Below, piece after piece: positions 56,986 to 64,000 of a stretch of 64,000 nucleotides of DNA. The translations under genes and the position numbers were made by a program. A model generated the notes under the pieces. The model ran no database searches and was not told the DNA's origin. It saw nothing but the letters and a program-made list of their open reading frames with translations. Each line of letters starts with the position of its first letter. The first letter of the stretch is position 1. Source of the DNA: Chloroflexota bacterium (GTDB lineage Bacteria > Chloroflexota > Limnocylindria > Limnocylindrales > CSP1-4); contig JBJMMR010000006.1 in the NCBI GenBank assembly GCA_045804645.1, positions 19,827 through 83,826 of the forward strand, written 5' to 3'.

Positions 56986-59814
56986 TTGCCATCATCCGAT
57001 CCCTTCGGCGCCCGGGGATCCCTCGGCCCGGGCCTGCCCGACATCTATCGCCTGGGAGCCGTCCAGAGCCTGACTGCAGAACCCCGCCTGCCCGTCACCG
57101 TCCGCATCCTGCTCGAGAATCTGCTGCGTCACGCCGGAGGCGTGGTCGGCGCGGCCGATGTCGAGACGCTCGCCTCGTGGCGTCCCGGGATCGCCGCCGA
57201 GGCCGAGATCCCGTTCATGCCGTCGCGGGTGATCATGCAGGACCTGACCGGCGTCCCGGCGGTCGTCGATCTCGCGACGATGCGCGACGCGATGGCCGAC
57301 CTTGGCGGTGATCCGAGCCTGGTCAACCCGCTCGTCCCGGCCGACCTCGTCATCGACCACTCCGTCCAGGTCGACCGCTTCGGTACCGGTGACGCATTCG
57401 CCTTCAACGTCGAGCGCGAGTACGAGCGCAACGGCGAGCGCTACCAGCTGTTGCGCTGGGCACAGACGGCGTTCCGCAACCTGCGCATCGTCCCGCCGGG
57501 GACCGGCATCGTCCATCAGGTCAACCTCGAGTTCCTGGCCCCGGTCGTCGACGACCGCGAGGGCGTGGCGTTTCCTGACACACTCGTGGGGACCGACTCG
57601 CACACGACGATGATCAACGCGCTCGGCGTCCTGGGCTACGGCGTCGGCGGCATCGAGGCGGAGGCCGTCCTGCTCGGGCAGCCGCTGTATCAGCCGATGC
57701 CGCACGTCGTTGGCGTCCAGCTCACGGGTGCCCTGCCCAGCGGCTCGACCGCGACCGACCTCGTCCTCGTCGTCACCGAGCTGCTTCGGAGCCATGGCGT
57801 CGTCGGCGCTTTCGTCGAGTTCGCGGGGGACGGCATCGCCGGCTTGTCGCTCGCGGATCGGGCGACGATCTCGAACATGAGCCCCGAGTTCGGGGCGACG
57901 GCCACGCTGTTCCCGATCGACGACGAGACGCTCGCGTATCTGCGACTCACCGGCCGCACGCCCGAGCGCGTTGACCTCGTCGAGCGCTACGCCAAGGAGC
58001 AGGGACTGTGGCGCGAACCCGGCGAGGGTCCGGCCTTCGACGAGATCTTGACCCTCGACCTCTCGACGGTCGAGCCGTCCGTGGCCGGTCCGCGGCGGCC
58101 CCAGGATCGTGTCCCGATCCGAGAGCTGCGCGAGAACTTCCGGTCCGCGTTCCCGGACGGACTGATGTCGCCAGGCGGCGAGCCGCCAGCGCCCGAGATC
58201 GAAGCCGACGGTGACGTCGTGCACGAGGCATCTGCGGAATCGTTCCCGGCATCCGATGCTCCCGCGTTCGCGAGAAGCGAGGTCGTCGATGCCCCCGCTC
58301 CTCCCGTCCCCGCGACGTCCTCTGCCCCGGTGATCGATGACCGGATGTACCGGTCCGTGACCGTCTCGATCGGTGACGAGAACGTACCCGTCAGCACAGG
58401 GTCGGTGGCGATCGCCGCGATCACGTCGTGCACGAACACGTCGAACCCGACCGTCATGGTCGGCGCCGGACTCCTCGCGCGGAACGCCGTGGCACGCGGG
58501 CTGCGCGTCCGCCCGACCGTCAAGACATCCCTCGCTCCTGGGTCGAAGGCCGTCACCGGCTACCTCGAGGCGGCGGGGCTGATGGCGCCGCTCGAACAGC
58601 TCGGTTTCGCGCTCGCAGGGTATGGATGCACGACGTGCATCGGCAACTCCGGCCCGCTCGACACCGCGGTCGCGACCGCGATCGAGGAGAACGACCTGAT
58701 CGTCGCGGCGGTGTTGTCCGGAAACCGGAACTTCGAAGGACGGATCCACCCCCTCGCGCGAGCGAGCTACCTCGCGTCGCCGCCGCTCGTCGTCGCCTTC
58801 GCGCTGGCCGGCCGCGTCGACACCGACCTATCGTCGGAACCGCTCGGCGATGGCGCCGATGGACGGCCGGTCTACCTTGCCGACATCTGGCCGACCGCCG
58901 ACGAGATCCGCTCGGTCATCGGCACGGCCATCCATCCCGAGCTGTTCCGACGAACCTATGGCGTCGTGTTCGAAGGTGACGATCGCTGGCGAGCACTGCC
59001 GATCCCGGAGGGCGACCGGTACGCGTGGGACGGGTCGTCGACCTATGTCGCCCGCCCGCCGTTCTTCGAGGGCATGACGTCCCGCGATCGGGGCGTCGGG
59101 GACATCACCGGCGCGCGCGTCCTGGCCGTCCTCGGCGATTCGGTGACGACAGACCACATCTCGCCGGCCGGCGCGATCCCGCATTGGTCACCTGCCGGCC
59201 AGTGGCTCCAGGCGCACGGCGTGACGCCGCTCGAGTTCAACAGCTACGGCGCTCGGCGCGGTCATCACGAGGTGATGATGCGAGGCACGTTCGGGAACAT
59301 CCGACTGAAGAATCGCCTGGTCGAGGGCAAGGAAGGTCCATACACCGTCCACCTCCCGGATGGCGAGCAGACCTTCATCTACGACGCCGCGATGCGCTAC
59401 CAGGAGGAGGGCGTGCCGCTGCTCCTGCTCGCGGGTCGCGAATACGGGTCCGGCTCGTCGCGGGACTGGGCCGCCAAGGGCCCGGCGTTGCTCGGCGTCA
59501 AGGCCGTGCTGGCCGAGTCATACGAACGTATCCATCGCTCGAACCTCGTCGGTATGGGCGTCCTGCCGGTCCAGTACAAGCCTGGGGATACCGCTTCGTC
59601 GTTGGGCCTCGATGGGCGCGAGACGTACTCGATCCTGGGGATCGGCGATCGGCTCGCCCCGCGCCAGTCGGTCACGGTCGTCGCCGAACGTGATGCCGGC
59701 CGCCAGATCAGGTTCGAGGCCATCGCGCGGCTAGACGGCGCGATCGAGGTGGACTACTACCGCGGCGGCGGGATCCTGCCCGCCGTGCTGAGGCGGCTCG
59801 CCCGGGAGAGCTAG
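56986..59814 (+). CDS. acnA: Aconitate hydratase A (942 aa), TTG start
   Basis: ..LPVTVRILLENLLRH.., ..ITSCTNTSNP.., ..GCTTCIGNSG.., ..GSSRDWAAKG... GGAG lies 9 nt upstream of the TTG. Confidence 0.95.
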   Translation: MPSSDPFGARGSLGPGLPDIYRLGAVQSLTAEPRLPVTVRILLENLLRHAGGVVGAADVETLASWRPGIAAEAEIPFMPSRVIMQDLTGVPAVVDLATMRDAMADLGGDPSLVNPLVPADLVIDHSVQVDRFGTGDAFAFNVEREYERNGERYQLLRWAQTAFRNLRIVPPGTGIVHQVNLEFLAPVVDDREGVAFPDTLVGTDSHTTMINALGVLGYGVGGIEAEAVLLGQPLYQPMPHVVGVQLTGALPSGSTATDLVLVVTELLRSHGVVGAFVEFAGDGIAGLSLADRATISNMSPEFGATATLFPIDDETLAYLRLTGRTPERVDLVERYAKEQGLWREPGEGPAFDEILTLDLSTVEPSVAGPRRPQDRVPIRELRENFRSAFPDGLMSPGGEPPAPEIEADGDVVHEASAESFPASDAPAFARSEVVDAPAPPVPATSSAPVIDDRMYRSVTVSIGDENVPVSTGSVAIAAITSCTNTSNPTVMVGAGLLARNAVARGLRVRPTVKTSLAPGSKAVTGYLEAAGLMAPLEQLGFALAGYGCTTCIGNSGPLDTAVATAIEENDLIVAAVLSGNRNFEGRIHPLARASYLASPPLVVAFALAGRVDTDLSSEPLGDGADGRPVYLADIWPTADEIRSVIGTAIHPELFRRTYGVVFEGDDRWRALPIPEGDRYAWDGSSTYVARPPFFEGMTSRDRGVGDITGARVLAVLGDSVTTDHISPAGAIPHWSPAGQWLQAHGVTPLEFNSYGARRGHHEVMMRGTFGNIRLKNRLVEGKEGPYTVHLPDGEQTFIYDAAMRYQEEGVPLLLLAGREYGSGSSRDWAAKGPALLGVKAVLAESYERIHRSNLVGMGVLPVQYKPGDTASSLGLDGRETYSILGIGDRLAPRQSVTVVAERDAGRQIRFEAIARLDGAIEVDYYRGGGILPAVLRRLARES

Positions 59815-59825
59815 CCCCCCAGTCG

Positions 59826-59877
59826 GGTAGTCCGCGGGCCCGATGCGACGCGCCCGATGCCGCCCGCGGTGACTACC
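59826..59877 (+). terminator. Long interrupted hairpin just downstream of acnA
   Basis: GGTAGTCCGCGGGC-(22 nt)-GCCCGCGGtgACTACC. There is no U-tract. Confidence 0.4.
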
Positions 59878-60159
59878 AGTCAGCACCCGATGCCCGAAGG
59901 TCCATTTCCGATGTCCCCAGCGGTCGGCGGTGCTTGCCGGACACTGGCTGCGGGCCGTACGGACGTTCGAAGCGAGCTTCGGGCCATTCGTGCTGACTCG
60001 CAGCCACCGCCGGCGTCGTCCGCGCCACGGGAAAACGAATGAACCCCCGGGGGAGGACCGGAGGCTCATTCGCGGAGGAGGTTGTCGCTCGTCGAGGGTG
60101 TGACGCCACAACATCCGATGACGTGACGCGCGGTCCGGACGTCGCGTCGCAGGCGACGG

Positions 60160-60165
60160 TAGGCT
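60160..60165 (+). promoter_or_regulatory. -10-like hexamer TAGGCT, exactly 6 nt upstream of the MFS gene ATG (leaderless arrangement)
   Basis: TAGGCT-cacgcg-ATG, with no Shine-Dalgarno sequence. Confidence 0.45.
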
Positions 60166-60171
60166 CACGCG

Positions 60172-61413
60172 ATGGCGCTTCCGACCGCCAGGACGATCCA
60201 GCGCACCTACCTCGTTCTGACGACCGTCACGACCCTGGCGACGTCCTTCATCTGGGGCGTCAACACCCTGTTCTTGCTCGACGCCGGGCTGTCGAACACC
60301 GAGGCGTTCGCGGCAAACGCCTTCTACGCGATCGGGCAGGTGCTCTTCGAGGTCCCGACGGGTGTCGTCGCAGACACCCGCGGTCGGCGCTTCTCCTACA
60401 TGCTCGGCGCCGCCACGCTGCTGGCGTCGACCGTCCTTTACCTCGTCATGTGGCAGATCCACGCACCGTTCGTCGGCTGGGCCCTGGCTTCGGCGCTGCT
60501 TGGACTCGGGTTCACGTTCTTCTCGGGGGCGACCGAGGCGTGGCTTGTCGACGCGCTCCGCGCGACCGGGTTCTCTGGCGAGCTCGACACGGTCTTCGGA
60601 CGTGCCCAGACCGCCTCCGGAGCGGCGATGCTGCTCGGCTCTGTGCTCGGCGGGGTCGTCGCCCAGGCGACCGACCTTGGTGTCCCATACATCCTCCGTG
60701 CTGGGTTCCTCGGTCTGACGCTCGTGATCGCATACCGCTTCATGCACGACATCGGGTTCACCCCACGGCGCGGCGCCGACCCGATCACTGAGGTGCGAGC
60801 TGTCCTCGAGGGCTCGATCGAGGCGGGGTGGCGCAACCCGCCGGTCCGCGCCTTGATGCTGGGTGGGCTGTTCACGGGTGGCGTGACCTTCTTCGCCTTC
60901 TATGCGAGCCAGCCGTACCTGCTCCAGTTGTACGGCGACCCGAATGCCTACAGCGTCGCTGGACTGACGGCTGCCGTGTTCGCGGGTGCCCAGATCGTCG
61001 GCGGCATGCTCGTCCCGTACGTGCGGCGGCTGTTCAGGCGGCGGACGGACGGCGTCCTCCTGTCCGTCGTCGGGACGGTCGGGATCATGGCGGTGATCGG
61101 CGTCACAACCAGCTTCGTGATCGCCCTCGTGCTGCTTGCGGCCTGGGCGATGCTGTTCGCGGTCACGTCCCCGCTCCGCCAGGCGTTCATCAACGGGATC
61201 ATCCCGTCCGAGCAGCGCGCGACCGTCCTGTCGTTCGATTCGTTCATGAGCTCGATCGGCGGCGCGGTGTCGCAACCGGCGCTCGGTCGCGTCTCGGACG
61301 TCTTCGGATACGGCCCCGCCTACGTGGTCACGGCCGTGATGCAGGCGTGCGCGATCCCGTTCGTACTCCTCGCCCGTCGCGAGCGTGCCGCCTCCGATCC
61401 GATCGAGGCGTGA
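60172..61413 (+). CDS. MFS transporter (413 aa, ~12 TM segments)
   Basis: ..FEVPTGVVADTRGRRFSY.. is the MFS loop 2-3 motif. Hydrophobic helices run throughout the protein. Confidence 0.85.
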   Translation: MALPTARTIQRTYLVLTTVTTLATSFIWGVNTLFLLDAGLSNTEAFAANAFYAIGQVLFEVPTGVVADTRGRRFSYMLGAATLLASTVLYLVMWQIHAPFVGWALASALLGLGFTFFSGATEAWLVDALRATGFSGELDTVFGRAQTASGAAMLLGSVLGGVVAQATDLGVPYILRAGFLGLTLVIAYRFMHDIGFTPRRGADPITEVRAVLEGSIEAGWRNPPVRALMLGGLFTGGVTFFAFYASQPYLLQLYGDPNAYSVAGLTAAVFAGAQIVGGMLVPYVRRLFRRRTDGVLLSVVGTVGIMAVIGVTTSFVIALVLLAAWAMLFAVTSPLRQAFINGIIPSEQRATVLSFDSFMSSIGGAVSQPALGRVSDVFGYGPAYVVTAVMQACAIPFVLLARRERAASDPIEA

Positions 61414-61447
61414 CGGTCAACACCGTCGTCAGGAGGAGGGGCGAAGG

Positions 61448-61523
61448 TGGTGGGCGATACTGGATTCGAACCAGTGACCCCGCGGATGTGAACCGCGTGC
61501 TCTAACCACTGAGCCAATCGCCC
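61448..61523 (-). tRNA. tRNA-Val (anticodon CAC), 76 nt, with genomically encoded CCA
   Basis: The minus strand reads GGGCGAT-TG-GCTC-AGTGGTTA-GAGC-A-CGCGG-TTCACAT-CCGCG-GGGTC-ACTGG-TTCGAAT-CCAGT-ATCGCCC-A-CCA. The cloverleaf was folded by hand. Confidence 0.93.
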
Positions 61524-61566
61524 ACGAAGCCCTGACGCCGGTCGGCGGCATCCGGACGGACCGCGA

Positions 61567-61848
61567 TCATACCCGCAGCCCCGGCCACCGGGCAACGATC
61601 GCATCGGGGTCTCCGCCGTCCACGACCACCAACTTCTGGCGGCTCGAGGCGCCGGCCACGATCCGTACCGACGATCGTGCGACCCCGAGCTCTTCGGCGA
61701 TCAGCCGGATCAGCGCGTTGTTGGCGGCGCCTTCCACGGCCGGCGCGCCGACGCGCGCTCGGAGTATCCCGTCGGTGACGCCATCGACCTGGTCGAGCGC
61801 CGCCCTCGGCGTGAGACGGACGGCGAAGCGGACGTCGCTCGGACTCAA
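61567..61848 (-). CDS. DUF167 (YggU-like) protein
   Basis: ..RLTPRAALDQVDGV..LRARVGAPAVEGAANNALIRLIAEELGVARSSVRIVAGASSRQKLVVV.. Confidence 0.8.
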   Translation of the reverse strand: MSPSDVRFAVRLTPRAALDQVDGVTDGILRARVGAPAVEGAANNALIRLIAEELGVARSSVRIVAGASSRQKLVVVDGGDPDAIVARWPGLRV

Positions 61849-61852
61849 GACC

Positions 61853-62098
61853 TCACAGCATGCGCCAGAGGAAGCTGAGGATGATCAGGACGATGAACCC
61901 CGACCAGTCGATCATCCCCGACTGCGGCAGCATCCTGCGCACGGGCGCGAGCAGCGGTTCGGTCGTCTGGTACAGGAACGCCGATGCCCGAAACCGCCCA
62001 GACGGATCGATCCACGACATGATCATCCGCCCGAAGACGAGCGCCCAGAGCGCCATCAGCAGGAACTGGATGAAGTTGACGAGGAACGCCCCAGGCAC
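61853..62098 (-). CDS. yggT: YggT-family membrane protein (81 aa)
   Basis: ..FGRMIMSWIDPS..LYQTTEPLLAPVRRMLP..GMIDWSGFIVLI.. Confidence 0.82.
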   Translation of the reverse strand: MPGAFLVNFIQFLLMALWALVFGRMIMSWIDPSGRFRASAFLYQTTEPLLAPVRRMLPQSGMIDWSGFIVLIILSFLWRML

Positions 62099-62121
62099 GG
62101 CCGGAGTTTACCAGTCGGTGT

Positions 62122-62889
62122 TCAGGAGCCAGCGGGGGCATGGAGGTGCTCCGGTTCGTCTGGCACGTCCCGATGCGGACGCTCGCCGAAGATCGCCCGA
62201 CCGACCCGGACGATCGTCGCGCCCTCCTCGACCGCGACCTCGAAGTCGTCGGTCATGCCCATCGACAGTGCGGAGCCGACCGGGGCACCGCTCGAGTGCA
62301 GCTCGTCCAGGAGGGCGCGCAGGTGCTGGAACGTCGGGCGCGCCGCGTCTGGGTCGCCGACCAATCGGCCGATCGTCATCAGGCCTTGGACGTCCAGTCC
62401 GTCCAGGCGAGCCAAGGCGTCGAGCGCCCCTCGCAGCTCGACGGGTGCGAACCCGGCTTTCGATGGATCGTCGTCCACGTTGACCTGGGCGAGGACCGGG
62501 TAGCGCGCCGCGGGTCCCGCGCCTCGGACTTCCCTCCCGAGCCGATCAAGGCGCTCCGCGAGCGCGATCGAATCGACCGTCTGGATCACGTCGAACGTCT
62601 CGAGAGCGCGGCGTGCCTTGTTGGACTGCAGCGGACCGACGAGATGCCAGGTCACGCCAGACAGCTTCGCGACCTTGCCTTCAGCCTCCTGGACGCGGTT
62701 CTCGCCGAGCGTAGTGATGCCCGCGTCGACCGCGGCCGCAAGTCGTTGCGCGTCGACGGTCTTGGATACCGCGACCAGCGTGACGGTCGACCGGTCACGG
62801 CCGGCGCGCTCGCACGCCGCGGCGATGCGCTCCTGGACGGCCTCGTACGCCCTGCGGAGGGCGTCCACCTCGGCAGGTCTCTCGGTCAT
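62122..62889 (-). CDS. yggS: YggS-family pyridoxal-phosphate homeostasis protein
   Basis: The internal ATG gives MTERPAEVD.., with ..TLVAVSKTV.. (PLP-Lys), ..LGENRVQE.. and ..WHLVGPLQSNK.. also present. Confidence 0.88.
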   Translation of the reverse strand: MTERPAEVDALRRAYEAVQERIAAACERAGRDRSTVTLVAVSKTVDAQRLAAAVDAGITTLGENRVQEAEGKVAKLSGVTWHLVGPLQSNKARRALETFDVIQTVDSIALAERLDRLGREVRGAGPAARYPVLAQVNVDDDPSKAGFAPVELRGALDALARLDGLDVQGLMTIGRLVGDPDAARPTFQHLRALLDELHSSGAPVGSALSMGMTDDFEVAVEEGATIVRVGRAIFGERPHRDVPDEPEHLHAPAGS

Positions 62890-62920
62890 CGATCGCTCGC
62901 CGGCCGCTTGCCGGCGCGGA

Positions 62921-64000
62921 TCACTTGCGGCGCAGGAAGCTTGGGATCTCGAGGTCGTCGGCGTCGTACGTCGTCGGACGTCGAGCCGCGGCCGGCTCGC
63001 CTGCGGTGCGCTCGACACGCGGCGCAGCGGCTACCGCCGGCTCCTCGTCGCCGGCGGGCGCCGGGCTGAACATGCCGTCGTTCCCGTGCTCGCGCTGGCG
63101 CTCGAGCTCCTGCAGGAAGTCGCGTTCGTGGGAGACACGACTCGCAGCTGCGCCTTCCATGACACCTGACGCTTCGCGCTGGACCGCTGGCTTGCGCTTG
63201 CCGCCGTCGAAGCCGGTCGCGATGACGGTGACCATGACCTCGTCGCCGAGACGTTCGTTGAAGCTCGTGCCGAAGATGATGTTCGCCTCGGGATCGGCGG
63301 CCTCCTTGATGGCCTCGGCCGCCTCGTTGACCTCGAACAACGACAGCGTCGACGAACCCGTGATGTTCCAGAGGATGCCCTGCGCGCCGTGGATGTCGAG
63401 CTCGAGCAGCGGACTCGCGATCGCCTGCTGGGCCGCCTCGACCGCACGGTTCTCGCCGCTCGCACGACCGATGCCCATCAACGCCGAACCGGCGTCCTTC
63501 ATGATCGCGCGAACGTCGGCGAAGTCCTGGTTGATCAGTCCGGGCATCGTGATGATGTCGCTGATGCCCTGTACGCCCTGGCGCAGGACGTCATCGACGA
63601 CCCGGAAGGCGTCGAGGATGCTGGTGTTCTTCTGGACGACGTCCTTGAGCCGATCGTTCGGGATCGTGATCAGGGCGTCGACCTGCGTCTTGAGCTCCTC
63701 GGCCGCCTTCTCCGCGACGAGCTTGCGGCGGTTGCCCTCGAAGGTGAACGGCTTCGTCACGACGCCGATCGTCAGAGCGCCCGAATCCTTCGCGATCTGC
63801 GCGACGATCGGCGCGGCACCGGAGCCCGTCCCGCCGCCGAGACCCGCTGTGATGAACACCATGTCGGAGTCCTGGATCGCGGCCGCGATCTTGTCCGAGT
63901 CCTCTTCCGCGGATCGCTGACCCATCGCCGCGTCGCCGCCGGCGCCGAGCCCGCGCGTGACCTTGTCGCCGATGCGGATCTTGTGCGGTGCGTCCGACTG
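62921..64000 (-). CDS. ftsZ: Cell-division GTPase FtsZ. The 5' end lies beyond the window; only the C-terminal ~359 aa are present.
   Basis: The tubulin signature GGGTGSGAAP, ..TKPFTFEG.. and the C-terminal peptide DDLEIPSFLRRK are present. The frame is open to nt 64000 (..GDKVTRGLGAGGDAAMGQ..). Confidence 0.95.
   Translation of the reverse strand, partial: QSDAPHKIRIGDKVTRGLGAGGDAAMGQRSAEEDSDKIAAAIQDSDMVFITAGLGGGTGSGAAPIVAQIAKDSGALTIGVVTKPFTFEGNRRKLVAEKAAEELKTQVDALITIPNDRLKDVVQKNTSILDAFRVVDDVLRQGVQGISDIITMPGLINQDFADVRAIMKDAGSALMGIGRASGENRAVEAAQQAIASPLLELDIHGAQGILWNITGSSTLSLFEVNEAAEAIKEAADPEANIIFGTSFNERLGDEVMVTVIATGFDGGKRKPAVQREASGVMEGAAASRVSHERDFLQELERQREHGNDGMFSPAPAGDEEPAVAAAPRVERTAGEPAAARRPTTYDADDLEIPSFLRRK

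Noticed and set aside
58130-58330. Pro/Ala-rich stretch inside AcnA (..GGEPPAPEIEADGDVVHEASAESFPASDAPAFARSEVVDAPAPPVPATSSAP..), considered as a possible lineage-specific insertion.
   Set aside because: Without an alignment I cannot tell whether this is longer than the variable linker found at this position in other AcnA/IRP-type aconitases, so I do not raise it as a finding.

Overview
This is a high-GC window (roughly two-thirds or more G+C by eye) of densely packed, mostly housekeeping chromosome. It looks like a monoderm-type high-GC lineage (Actinomycetota- or Chloroflexota-like), but I cannot place it further without a search. I saw no rRNA, CRISPR array, transposase or integrase.

Gene content, left to right:
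- an ankyrin-repeat gene, convergent with pcrA
- a co-directional minus-strand cluster: TPR protein, acidic tandem-repeat mini-protein, small membrane protein, lipoprotein
- groES-groEL, with a textbook promoter and a perfect CIRCE operator
- tatD and metG
- an 11-cistron, tightly overlapping purine operon: purA-purD-purB-purC-purS-purQ-purL-purF-purM-(purN-purH fused)
- a GGDEF/HD-GYP signalling protein, then a stand-alone ssb
- a long minus-strand string: CN-hydrolase, nadE, rsmI, ECF transporter (S-T-A-A'), rbsK, cax
- two convergent peptide/nickel-type ABC operons
- a Nudix gene followed by gcvT-gcvH-gcvPA-gcvPB
- a DUF2520-like oxidoreductase, divergent from acnA
- an MFS transporter and tRNA-Val(CAC)
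- the end of a division cluster: ftsZ (5' truncated by the window edge), yggS, yggT and a DUF167 gene

Most interesting observations:
1. The two tandem family-5 solute-binding lipoproteins (35897..39582) look like clean circular permutants of the canonical DppA/OppA fold. A canonical paralogue in the same window serves as an internal control.
2. purN and purH form a single open reading frame.
3. The purA leader is about 190 nt, structured, and ends in a terminator-like hairpin plus U-tract. It loosely resembles ykkC-type (PRPP-class) riboswitches.
4. A 98-aa, very acidic protein carries four DV-x-GHRLAANDNETV repeats.
5. Several genes have a -10-like hexamer 6 nt from the start codon, which suggests leaderless mRNAs. 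At least 14 ATGA/GTGA 4-nt overlaps couple genes within operons.

All family calls come from motifs read by eye in the supplied translations. No database search was run. Start codons are the least certain part of every CDS call.
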